A stretch of DNA of 64,000 nt from Patescibacteria group bacterium (GTDB lineage Bacteria > Patescibacteriota > Patescibacteriia > JAHIZJ01): positions 228,940-292,939 of the forward strand of contig JBAZLK010000001.1 in NCBI GenBank assembly GCA_041650335.1, read 5' to 3'. Position numbers and translations under genes: made by a program. The notes under the pieces were generated by a model, which had not been told where the DNA came from, did no database searches, and saw nothing but the letters and a program-made list of their open reading frames with translations. Within the stretch, counting starts at the first letter, position 1, and every line of letters starts with the position of its first letter. This document shows, one piece after another, positions 46,730-55,091 of this stretch.

Positions 46730-47266
46730 ATGCCACGTACTGCCAAAACTCCCAGCGATAAGATAGCGAAAGAAGCCAAACCGAAGAAACGCGGCCGGCC
46801 CCGGAAAACAGCGATAAAAAAAGAAATCCCGGTTGTCCAGCCGCCGCCAGTTGTTGAGAAACCGAAGGTGAAGCGCTTTACCTATCTCTTTACCGTCGGC
46901 CGACGCAAGGAGGCGGTTGCCCGCGTCCGCTATTATCGCAAAGGCGAAGGCAAGTTTACGGTGAACGCCAAGCCGATCGAACAATATTTTTCAACCTTGG
47001 AAACCCAAAATATTGTCAAAATGCCGATTCAGGCTGTCAGCGCCACGCTCGACGGGGACATCTCGATCAAAGTCCAGGGCGGCGGCAAGCGGGGACAAGC
47101 TGACGCGAGCCGATTGGGCATTGCACGATTATTGATCTTGCTTGATAAGAAAAACCGGCCGACCCTGAAGCGGCTGGGCTATTTGACGCGCGACCCGCGG
47201 GTGAAAGAACGGAAGAAATACGGCTTGAAGCGAGCCCGACGCGCACCACAGTGGCAGAAGCGCTAA
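46730..47266 (+). CDS. rpsI: 30S ribosomal protein S9 (N-terminal extension)
   Basis: GRRKEAVARV, GGGKRGQ, TRDPRVKERKKYG, APQWQKR. Confidence 0.98.
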   Translation: MPRTAKTPSDKIAKEAKPKKRGRPRKTAIKKEIPVVQPPPVVEKPKVKRFTYLFTVGRRKEAVARVRYYRKGEGKFTVNAKPIEQYFSTLETQNIVKMPIQAVSATLDGDISIKVQGGGKRGQADASRLGIARLLILLDKKNRPTLKRLGYLTRDPRVKERKKYGLKRARRAPQWQKR

Positions 47267-47267
47267 G

Positions 47268-47362
47268 ATAATTCAAAATTCAAAATTCATAAGTAAAAAT
47301 GATGGTATGCTGTCGCTTGTGCGGCGGGTGACATTCATTATACATTTTGCATTTTGAATTAT
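47268..47362. repeat. Heptamer-periodic inverted-repeat element, copy 2
   Basis: Arms ATAATTCAAAATTCAAAAT / ATTTTGCATTTTGAATTAT (1 mismatch in 19); inner hairpin followed by GGGTGACATTCATT. Confidence 0.7.
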
Positions 47363-47371
47363 TACTTCACG

Positions 47372-48841
47372 ATGACGCCAAGCTATCACCCAGATCGAAT
47401 AGCCCGGAATACCTCGTATCTGACGATTGCCCTGACCGCCCAAAAGGTACTTTCCTTCGTTTATTTTATTTATATCTCTCGGTCGATCGGAAGCGAGGAG
47501 ATCGGCCGGTATCTGTTTGCGCTGTCCTTAACGACGATTGTCGGCGTTTTCATCGATATCGGATTGAACCCGGTCCTGACGCGTGAAATCGCGAAAGACC
47601 CTCAAAAAACCCACCTCTATTTAAATACCACCTTTTCGCTGAAACTCCTCCTGGCCGTGCTTGCGTACGGTGCCGTTTTTTTGTTTATCAACCTGCCGTT
47701 TCTGGGCTATCCAGCCGAGACGAAACACTTGGTCTATCTCTCGGGCCTCGTCATGATATTCGACACCTTTGTTTTGAGCTTCTATTCGATCTTCCGCGGC
47801 TACCAAGTTCTGAAATACGAGTCGCTGGGCGTTATCCTCAATAAAGTCGTGGTGATGGGCTTGGGCGTATTATTTGTTTTAATGCACAAAGGGACGCTCT
47901 TCCTGGTCCTGGCAATTTTGTTCGGGAGCTTGTTCAACTTTGTGTATACCGTGAGTTTATTGATTCGCAAGGTCCAGTGGCGCCCGCGGTTTTACCTCGA
48001 CAAAAATGTTTTAAAAGCACTACTTCGGATCGCGCTACCATTTGCCATCGCCAGCATATTTACAGTCATTTACGGTTCGATTGATTCGGTCCTACTCAAC
48101 ATGCTCAGTGGCGCCCGCGGCAACAGTTTTGTCGGCTGGTACGGTACGGCCTATAAATTGACCTACTCATTTCAATTTATTCCGATTGCGGTCGGGGCGG
48201 CGGTGTTTCCGGCCATGAGTTCGTATTTTATTTCGTCAAAGGCCTTATTGGCGCGGACCTTTGAACGGGCATCGTATTATCTGCTCGTGATCGTCATGCC
48301 GATCGTGTTCGGCGTTTTTGCGGTTGCCGAAAAACTCATTCTCCGGCTCTGGGGCAATGCCTTCGGTACCTCAATCCATCCGCTGCAAATCTTGATTTTT
48401 AGCTTGATCTTCGTTTTTCTCACCTTTCCGATCGGAGCCCTCTTGAATGCCAGCAATCGCCAGACGCGTAATACGATCAATATCGGCATCGCCATGGTCG
48501 TTAACATTATTTTAAATTTGATCCTGATACCAAAATATACGTTTATCGGCACGAGTATTTCCTCGCTGGTCTCGACCTTCATTCTTTTTGCCCTCGGTTT
48601 GTCGGTCGTCCGTCAAACTATCGCCGTGAACTGGCGGTATCTCGTCACCATTGTTTTCAAAACGCTGGTCTCAGCCCTGATTATGGTTGGCATTCTATTG
48701 GCTTTGAAGGAAAGAGTATCGTTTATCATATTAATTCCGCTGGGCGTCGTGATATATTTTCTGGCACTTTTCCTGTTTCGGGGCTTTGGCCAAAACGAGT
48801 ATAAACGGATATTTCACGTCGTCCTGCGGCGATTTTCATGA
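47372..48841 (+). CDS. Wzx-like polysaccharide flippase
   Basis: IARNT, DIGL...LTREIAK, VGWYGTAYK, many TMs. Confidence 0.9.
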   Translation: MTPSYHPDRIARNTSYLTIALTAQKVLSFVYFIYISRSIGSEEIGRYLFALSLTTIVGVFIDIGLNPVLTREIAKDPQKTHLYLNTTFSLKLLLAVLAYGAVFLFINLPFLGYPAETKHLVYLSGLVMIFDTFVLSFYSIFRGYQVLKYESLGVILNKVVVMGLGVLFVLMHKGTLFLVLAILFGSLFNFVYTVSLLIRKVQWRPRFYLDKNVLKALLRIALPFAIASIFTVIYGSIDSVLLNMLSGARGNSFVGWYGTAYKLTYSFQFIPIAVGAAVFPAMSSYFISSKALLARTFERASYYLLVIVMPIVFGVFAVAEKLILRLWGNAFGTSIHPLQILIFSLIFVFLTFPIGALLNASNRQTRNTINIGIAMVVNIILNLILIPKYTFIGTSISSLVSTFILFALGLSVVRQTIAVNWRYLVTIVFKTLVSALIMVGILLALKERVSFIILIPLGVVIYFLALFLFRGFGQNEYKRIFHVVLRRFS

Positions 48842-49983
48842 AGCGCTCTCTCTTTGTCACGCTCGACTACCCGCCGCGCGTGGGCGGGGTAGCGAGGGTG
48901 TATACGAACCTTATCCGCCGATTGCCGCCCGATCGCGTCCTGGTCTTGGCTCCGCCGGAAAGGCAAGACCATCTTTTTGATCGTCGCGAACCATATCGCA
49001 TTATCCGGCGAAGTTTTTATACCCGCCTGCCGTTGCTTTGGCCGAAATGGTTGCCATTACTGATAACCATTTTTCGGTTGGTCAGGCGCGAACACGTCGA
49101 GTGTATCCACGTGGGTCAGGTTTTGCCGATCGGCACGGCCGTATTACTGCTGCAAAAATTTTTCCATGTTCCCTATATTGTCTACTCTCACGGCTTAGAT
49201 GTAACCGCGCCGCAGGCATGGCCGCGCAAGAAACGACTGATCCAGAAGATACTCAATCAGGCGGCCGCGATTGTCGCCAACAGCGAGTTTACAAAGCAGG
49301 AGATAATCCGGCTGGGCGTACCGGCTGACAAGATACTGGTTTTGACGCCAGCCTGCAGCTTGCTCGGCGCGGCGGCGGGTCAGGGCTTGATTGAAACAGT
49401 GCGTCGGCGTCATAATCTAGACGGACGCGAGGTGCTTTTGACTGTCGGACGGCTCGAAGAACGGAAAGGCCAAGACAGCGTTATCCGGGCACTGGGAGAA
49501 TTACTCCCTCGCCATCCGCAACTGGTCTACGTGGTTGTCGGCGCTGGGCCGGACGAACAGCGACTGCACCATTTGGCCGATGAATGTCAGGTAGCCGGGC
49601 AGGTGATTTTTGCTGGCCGGATACCGGACGAAGAACTGCCGGCCTATTATCAAAACTGCGATGTTTTTTGCATGCCGTCGCGCGAACTCTCAAATCGAGA
49701 TGTTGAAGGATTTGGCATTGTCTATCTCGAAGCGAACGCCTATGGCAAGCCAGTCGTTGGCGGGAAGAGCGGCGGCGTCGCTGAAGCGATTATCGACGGT
49801 CAAACCGGACTTCTTGTCTCACCGGGCGATCAGCCGGCGCTGGTTCAGGCAATTGACCGATTGCTGACCGACCAGGCGTTTGCCGTTCGGCTCGGACGCG
49901 CCGGCCAAGCGCGAGTCGAAAAAGAGTTTAACTGGGAGACGCGCGCCCGCGTCGTACGACAATTGATTGAACGACTGCCATGA
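48838..49983 (+). CDS. GT4 family glycosyltransferase
   Basis: YPPRVGG, TVGRLEERKG, EGFGIVYLEA. Confidence 0.93.
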   Translation: MKRSLFVTLDYPPRVGGVARVYTNLIRRLPPDRVLVLAPPERQDHLFDRREPYRIIRRSFYTRLPLLWPKWLPLLITIFRLVRREHVECIHVGQVLPIGTAVLLLQKFFHVPYIVYSHGLDVTAPQAWPRKKRLIQKILNQAAAIVANSEFTKQEIIRLGVPADKILVLTPACSLLGAAAGQGLIETVRRRHNLDGREVLLTVGRLEERKGQDSVIRALGELLPRHPQLVYVVVGAGPDEQRLHHLADECQVAGQVIFAGRIPDEELPAYYQNCDVFCMPSRELSNRDVEGFGIVYLEANAYGKPVVGGKSGGVAEAIIDGQTGLLVSPGDQPALVQAIDRLLTDQAFAVRLGRAGQARVEKEFNWETRARVVRQLIERLP

Positions 49984-51164
49984 AACCAATTGATGTATTA
50001 ATGCTGAACATGTCCAGTTTCCAGGAATGGCAAAGCGGCATTGTCAACCGAAATTTTCATGTCCTTAAAAACCTGTTAGCCCGGCCCGAGATCGGACGGG
50101 TGTTGGCCGTTGATTATCTGCCATTTTCCTTGAAGCGGGGATTAAAATCATATTTAGAGTCACAGGCCTTCGGCATGAAAGGCAAGGTGTTGTATCGGGA
50201 TTTTACGAATCGGCTTGTTCAAATCGACGCCTCCCGGCTGGGCCGTCACCGCGACAAGCTCTACACATTTTCCACCATTGATTCGGTCGTGTCAGAAGGG
50301 TTGGCGATGCGGAGCATTGAGCGGGCCGTCCGAAAGGTCGGGCTCGATTCGCCCCTGCTTTGGTCTTATTTGCCTCTCTATACGAAGCCTTTTACGCTCT
50401 TTACGGACCGGCTGACTGTTTTCGACGCTGTTGACGACTGGCGCAATCATTCGTCATATCAGGCACAGCGCGAGAAACTCGAACGCAACTATGCCCTGAT
50501 CAGCGAAAAAGCGGACTGCATTTTTACCGTCGCCGATGATTTGCGCCTGCTGTTCGGAAATAAAACAAATGTTCATTGGATACCAAACGGCGTTGATTAC
50601 GAGCGGTGGCAGGGCCGGCCTGATTTTCCTGACGATCTCGTTGGCATTCCGGCACCAATCATCGGGTATGTCGGCGTAATCCAGCACCGGATAGATCTGA
50701 AATTAATCCAGCGCGTCGCCGAAAAAAATCCTAATAAATCATTCGTTTTTGTCGGCGTCGTCTGGCCAGATGTCGATCAGTCGAAACTGCAGAGGTTGTC
50801 CAATGTCTATTTTCTTGGCCAGAAGCCGTATGATGAACTGCCAAAATACCTGACGCATTTTCATATTGGTATCATCCCGCATAAAGTTGATCCTTTTACG
50901 AAGTCCATGAATCCCCTGAAGCTCTATGAATACCTGGCCTGCGGTTTGCCGGTGGTCTCGACGCCGGTGGCCGGATTGGAAATGTTTCCGGGCATGATTC
51001 GAGTCGCTTCGGACGACGAATATTTCAGCCAGCAAATCGACGAGGCGCTCGCGACTGACAGCCAAGAACAACGCCTGATGCGCAAAGCGGCCGTGAAACC
51101 GCATTCCTGGACGACTCGAGTTGAGACGATGCTGTCGGTCATCAAACCGCAACTTCGTGATTAG
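49980..51164 (+). CDS. GT-B glycosyltransferase (TuaH-like)
   Basis: FDAVDDW, IPNGVD, IGYVG, PLKLYEYLACGLPVVST. Confidence 0.88.
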   Translation: MKPIDVLMLNMSSFQEWQSGIVNRNFHVLKNLLARPEIGRVLAVDYLPFSLKRGLKSYLESQAFGMKGKVLYRDFTNRLVQIDASRLGRHRDKLYTFSTIDSVVSEGLAMRSIERAVRKVGLDSPLLWSYLPLYTKPFTLFTDRLTVFDAVDDWRNHSSYQAQREKLERNYALISEKADCIFTVADDLRLLFGNKTNVHWIPNGVDYERWQGRPDFPDDLVGIPAPIIGYVGVIQHRIDLKLIQRVAEKNPNKSFVFVGVVWPDVDQSKLQRLSNVYFLGQKPYDELPKYLTHFHIGIIPHKVDPFTKSMNPLKLYEYLACGLPVVSTPVAGLEMFPGMIRVASDDEYFSQQIDEALATDSQEQRLMRKAAVKPHSWTTRVETMLSVIKPQLRD

Positions 51165-51196
51165 GATTTTTTGATAATTTTTGTTACACTTCAGCT

Positions 51197-51526
51197 ATGC
51201 TCAAAGAATCAGTCTACGTGAAAATTGAGACGGCTGTCCCGGTGGCAGAGGCCGAACGGATACGGAAAGCGCTCGGCGATGCCGGGGCTGGGAAGGTTGG
51301 TAATTACTCGCATTGCAGCGGTTCCTGGATTTCAATCGGCCGATTTACGCCCCTGGCCGGTGCAAAACCCGCCATTGGTGTTATTGGGACGCACGAAGAA
51401 GTTAACGAGGAGATAATCCAGGTACTTTGCCACAAGGATAAAGTCAAAGATGTCGTTGCCGCCCTGAAAAAAGCCCATCCCTATGAAGAGCCGCCGATTG
51501 ACATCATTCCACGATACGAGGTATAA
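51197..51526 (+). CDS. YqfO/NIF3 PII-like insert domain protein (stand-alone)
   Basis: AGAGKVGNYSHCS, GRFTPLAGAKPAIG, AHPYEEP. Confidence 0.88.
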   Translation: MLKESVYVKIETAVPVAEAERIRKALGDAGAGKVGNYSHCSGSWISIGRFTPLAGAKPAIGVIGTHEEVNEEIIQVLCHKDKVKDVVAALKKAHPYEEPPIDIIPRYEV

Positions 51527-51570
51527 GTTACGGGAAAGGTATTGCATAATGTCAAAATGTTTGGTAATTT

Positions 51571-51646
51571 GCCGGAGTAGCTCAGTTGGTAGAGCAACGC
51601 TTTTGTAAAGCGAAGGTCGGGGGTTCGAATCCTCTCTCCGGCTCCA
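51571..51646 (+). tRNA. tRNA-Thr (TGT)
   Basis: GCCGGAG acceptor, AGCTCAGTTGGTAGAGC D-arm, TGT anticodon, GTTCGAATC, encoded CCA. Confidence 0.95.
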
Positions 51647-51822
51647 GACGAACGTCGCAAACCAAATCAGAAAGCCTGGCAAAAAGCTTTAAATAAGTTC
51701 ATTGCTCATATAAACTCACAAAACAGTAACAGTTGAAATAGCCAGTAAAACCAATAAACAAATTAACTAATCAATCGATAAACCAATAAATCAATCATCT
51801 ATTATTCTAATAAACCATCCTT

Positions 51823-51978
51823 ATGTCCCAGGACAACCTCATCAAGCTCGAATGCACGGTTTGCAAACACACCAACTATCAATCGCACAAAAACAAGAAG
51901 ACCCTGAAAAATCGGCTCGAACTCAAGAAATATTGTACTTGGTGTGGCAAGCATACTGTTCATAAAGAAACAAAATAA
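51823..51978 (+). CDS. rpmG: 50S ribosomal protein L33 (below ORF-track cutoff)
   Basis: [19 protein letters not shown]...[21 protein letters not shown]. Confidence 0.96.
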   Translation: MSQDNLIKLECTVCKHTNYQSHKNKKTLKNRLELKKYCTWCGKHTVHKETK

Positions 51979-51980
51979 GC

Positions 51981-52400
51981 ATGACCGGCACGGACGCTCG
52001 CTATCCAGAGACTGGCACGACCTGGAAGGTTGTTGATGAAATAATCGAAATCCGGTTAGGTGCTGATAGCGCTAGCCATGAGGCCTCAGTCGGCGAGATG
52101 CTTTGGTTGGAAGAACAGCTGAAAATTTTCCAAACGCAATTTCCAAATAAGCGCTGGGGAATCGCGATTGATTTCAGCCGCTTACCGGTTCAGCAGACGA
52201 GCGCCGCTCGATTTCGTTCGATGATGAGTTGGCTCTTGAAAGAGGCGAGTGTGGCCGCACTGGCGGTGATTCAAGCGGCGCATTCATATAAAGTGGTGAT
52301 TCAAACAATTCTTTTTGCTTCACCGAGCGCGACCGGAAAATTAAAATTTTTTGATCAACAGGAAATTGCCAACGAATGGCTGAAGATAAAAAGCAGATAA
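51981..52400 (+). CDS. STAS/SEC14 (SpoIIAA-like) domain protein
   Basis: IAIDFSRL...LAVI...KLKFFDQQEIANEWL pattern. Confidence 0.6.
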   Translation: MTGTDARYPETGTTWKVVDEIIEIRLGADSASHEASVGEMLWLEEQLKIFQTQFPNKRWGIAIDFSRLPVQQTSAARFRSMMSWLLKEASVAALAVIQAAHSYKVVIQTILFASPSATGKLKFFDQQEIANEWLKIKSR

Positions 52401-52484
52401 CAAGCAATACCGCGATGAGCGCAGGCAGGCGTAGGTCTCCAGCCGCGTACCGATAGAGCGCATGAAATGATATCATTACATGAT

Positions 52485-52558
52485 GGGGGCGTAGTTCAAC
52501 AGTAGAACACTGGTCTCCAAAACCAGAAACGAGGGCGCGACACCTTCCGCCCCTGCCA
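52485..52558 (+). tRNA. tRNA-Trp (CCA)
   Basis: GGGGGCG/CGCCCCT acceptor, CTGGT-CTCCAAA-ACCAG anticodon arm, encoded CCA; atypical T-loop. Confidence 0.9.
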
Positions 52559-52741
52559 TGTAGTGATATACCCCTCGAACGTTTATCGAAATCAGGCAAA
52601 GTAAGGCGTCCTCTGGTGCGGGGCGATTCCCTTCGCTCCGGCCAGCAACCACCTCCCTTTGTTTAGACCGCACCCATTTTCAGTTATAAATCCGAAATCA
52701 AGAAGAATTGCATAGTACCCGAAAACCGCTATAATTATGCT

Positions 52742-54202
52742 ATGTCGAAAGCTGTGACAAACGAAAAAACAACCAAGCAAAACACGATTACCACGCGCGC
52801 CGAAGACTATGCCCAGTGGTATCTTGATGTTATTGCGGCGGCTGACCTGGCGGAGCACAGTCCGGTAAAGGGGTGCATGGTTATTAAGCCCAACGGCTAT
52901 GCCATTTGGGAGCGCATCCAACAGCTGCTGGATGGCCGTTTCAAATCAACCGGTGTGCGTAACGCCTATTTTCCTTTATTTATCCCGGAACGCTTCCTTA
53001 AACGAGAAGGCGAGCATATCGAAGGTTTTGCTCCGGAGGTTGCAGTCGTAACGCAGGCTGGTGGAAAAAAACTGGAAGAACCGTTGATTGTGCGGCCGAC
53101 TTCGGAAACGATCATGTACGAGACCTTTCATAATTGGATTCATTCCTATCGCGACTTGCCATTGCTCATCAACCAGTGGTCAAACGCGGTTCGCTGGGAA
53201 TTACGAACACGGCTTTTTTTACGAACAACGGAATTCCTTTGGCAGGAGGGACACACTGTCCATGAAACAGAAGGAGAGGCTGATGAGCGGGCGCGTCAGA
53301 TGCTGGAGATCTACCGCGAAGTCGCTGAAAAGGAAATGGCCATGCCGGTCGTAACGGGTGTCAAGTCAGAATCAGAAAAATTTGCCGGCGCCCTGAGGAC
53401 TTATTCGGTTGAAGCGATGATGCAGGACGGTAAGGCGCTGCAGCTGGCAACTTCTCATAACCTTGGTCAGAATTTTTCTAAACCCTTTAAGATCCAATTC
53501 CTTGATCGGTCCAATAAACTCCAGTATGGCTGGCAGACGAGCTGGGGTTTGAGCACGCGGTCAATCGGCGGCTTGATCATGACGCACAGCGACGATCGCG
53601 GCTTAATCTTGCCTCCCCGGATCGCCCCTCTCCAGGTTGTCATAACGACCATATATTCGTCGAAGCCGGATCAGTCGGCGACGTCGCGGGCAGCGGAAAA
53701 ATTGAAGATGTCGCTGGCCGAAAAATCAATTCGGGCCCAGGTCGATGAACGGGATCTGCGTCCGGGCGAAAAGTTTTTCACCTGGGAGAAACAAGGCATT
53801 CCCGTCCGGATTGAGCTCGGCCCGAAAGATGTCCAGGCCCAAGAAGCGGTGATAGTCCGTCGGGACACCGGCGCGAAAACAAAAGCCGCTTTCCACGGTC
53901 TCGCGGACGTCGTCGATAAGTTGTTGACCACGATACAGGCTGACCTGTATCACCGGGCGCTCGCATTTCGACAGGAGCGGACAATCAGCACCGATTCGTG
54001 GAAGACGTTTACAGCGGCCATCGCAGCCGGGAAGTTCGTCGAAGCCTATTGGTCTGAGGAAGGGGATATTGAAGCCCAGATAAAGAGGGAAACGAACGCC
54101 ACCATACGCTGCATTTCTATTGACGGCCAGACCCGGCCAGGCAAGTGCGTAAAAACCGGCCGGCCGGCCAGTCGTAAAGGTATTTTTGCCCAATCGTATT
54201 AG
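52742..54202 (+). CDS. proS: Proline-tRNA ligase (archaeal/eukaryote-like type)
   Basis: HIEGFAPE, RPTSET, VRWE, EFLWQEGHT, TSHNLGQNF, SWGLSTR; C-terminal Tyr. Confidence 0.97.
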   Translation: MSKAVTNEKTTKQNTITTRAEDYAQWYLDVIAAADLAEHSPVKGCMVIKPNGYAIWERIQQLLDGRFKSTGVRNAYFPLFIPERFLKREGEHIEGFAPEVAVVTQAGGKKLEEPLIVRPTSETIMYETFHNWIHSYRDLPLLINQWSNAVRWELRTRLFLRTTEFLWQEGHTVHETEGEADERARQMLEIYREVAEKEMAMPVVTGVKSESEKFAGALRTYSVEAMMQDGKALQLATSHNLGQNFSKPFKIQFLDRSNKLQYGWQTSWGLSTRSIGGLIMTHSDDRGLILPPRIAPLQVVITTIYSSKPDQSATSRAAEKLKMSLAEKSIRAQVDERDLRPGEKFFTWEKQGIPVRIELGPKDVQAQEAVIVRRDTGAKTKAAFHGLADVVDKLLTTIQADLYHRALAFRQERTISTDSWKTFTAAIAAGKFVEAYWSEEGDIEAQIKRETNATIRCISIDGQTRPGKCVKTGRPASRKGIFAQSY

Positions 54203-54402
54203 CATCTCCGGATGGTTGCGAAAAGCTTTGACGACTAATTCATTGCAATCTCCGTTAGGATAAATTTCATCCGATTATAAAAGGAGGCTGACCCCTCTTT
54301 TTGCATTGAGTTGAAATGCGTCTGTTTCAAACAGAAACTTGCGAAGATTGAAAAAATATGTTATAATAGATAAGTGGAGTATAATAAATAAATATTCGAC
54401 CT

Positions 54403-54672
54403 ATGGCAGAACAACTCGAACAGCAATACAAGGACCTTCTTTCGGAAATTATCGCCAAACAGGCGATCATCCTCGGTCCGGACATTGCCGTGCTAAAAGC
54501 CCGAAGCGTGCCGGGTATTCAGGTAACGAATGATGGAAAGGTGACGGGGATAGACGGCGATCCTCAGCAGCTTATCCAGCAATTAGTCGATAAGTATGTC
54601 GACCTGTCGGGACAGATTGTAAAAAATGCGCTCGGCTCAGTTTTCGCTCGCTATCCAGGCATACAAAAATAG
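54403..54672 (+). CDS. Small helical hypothetical protein heading the two-component cluster
   Basis: Clean ORF following a TATAAT-rich promoter region. Confidence 0.75.
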   Translation: MAEQLEQQYKDLLSEIIAKQAIILGPDIAVLKARSVPGIQVTNDGKVTGIDGDPQQLIQQLVDKYVDLSGQIVKNALGSVFARYPGIQK

Positions 54673-54708
54673 CTTTTATTAGCGTCTTTTTAACTGATAC
54701 CTAACCCT

Positions 54709-55029
54709 ATGGAGACTATTGTGCGATCAATTATTCTTTTTGTCGGTTGGCCGGTTCTCGTCGGCGGCAGTGTCTATCTTTTTGTGCGGGGCCGGGCGGT
54801 GTATCGGCTCGTGAAGGGCTCGCTCGTCGGTAAAGTAACGAAGGTGCTGGTCATTTCCATGCTCACTGGCATGTATTGTCTCGGCGTGGTGACGACCGTC
54901 TTAATGCTCAAGGACGAAAAAATGGTCTGGCTGGGCCTGCCCGTGTTTCTGATTTGGTTCGTAACGTTCGTCTGGAGCCTCCGCGTTCTCAATGAAGCGC
55001 AGCAAGAAGCGAAAAAGCTTACAAAATAA
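54709..55029 (+). CDS. Small 3-TM membrane protein
   Basis: Hydrophobic ORF upstream of the histidine kinase. Confidence 0.75.
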   Translation: METIVRSIILFVGWPVLVGGSVYLFVRGRAVYRLVKGSLVGKVTKVLVISMLTGMYCLGVVTTVLMLKDEKMVWLGLPVFLIWFVTFVWSLRVLNEAQQEAKKLTK

Positions 55030-55091
55030 TCCAAGCGAGCGGGATAAGGACGTTGTCATAAACAACGGTTGCGGCCGTTGAGGTACGTACT

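Noticed and set aside
52595-52660. Extra tRNA after tRNA-Trp
   Set aside because: Only a single hairpin (CTGGT-G-CGGGGCGA/TCGCTCCG-GCCAG); no cloverleaf.
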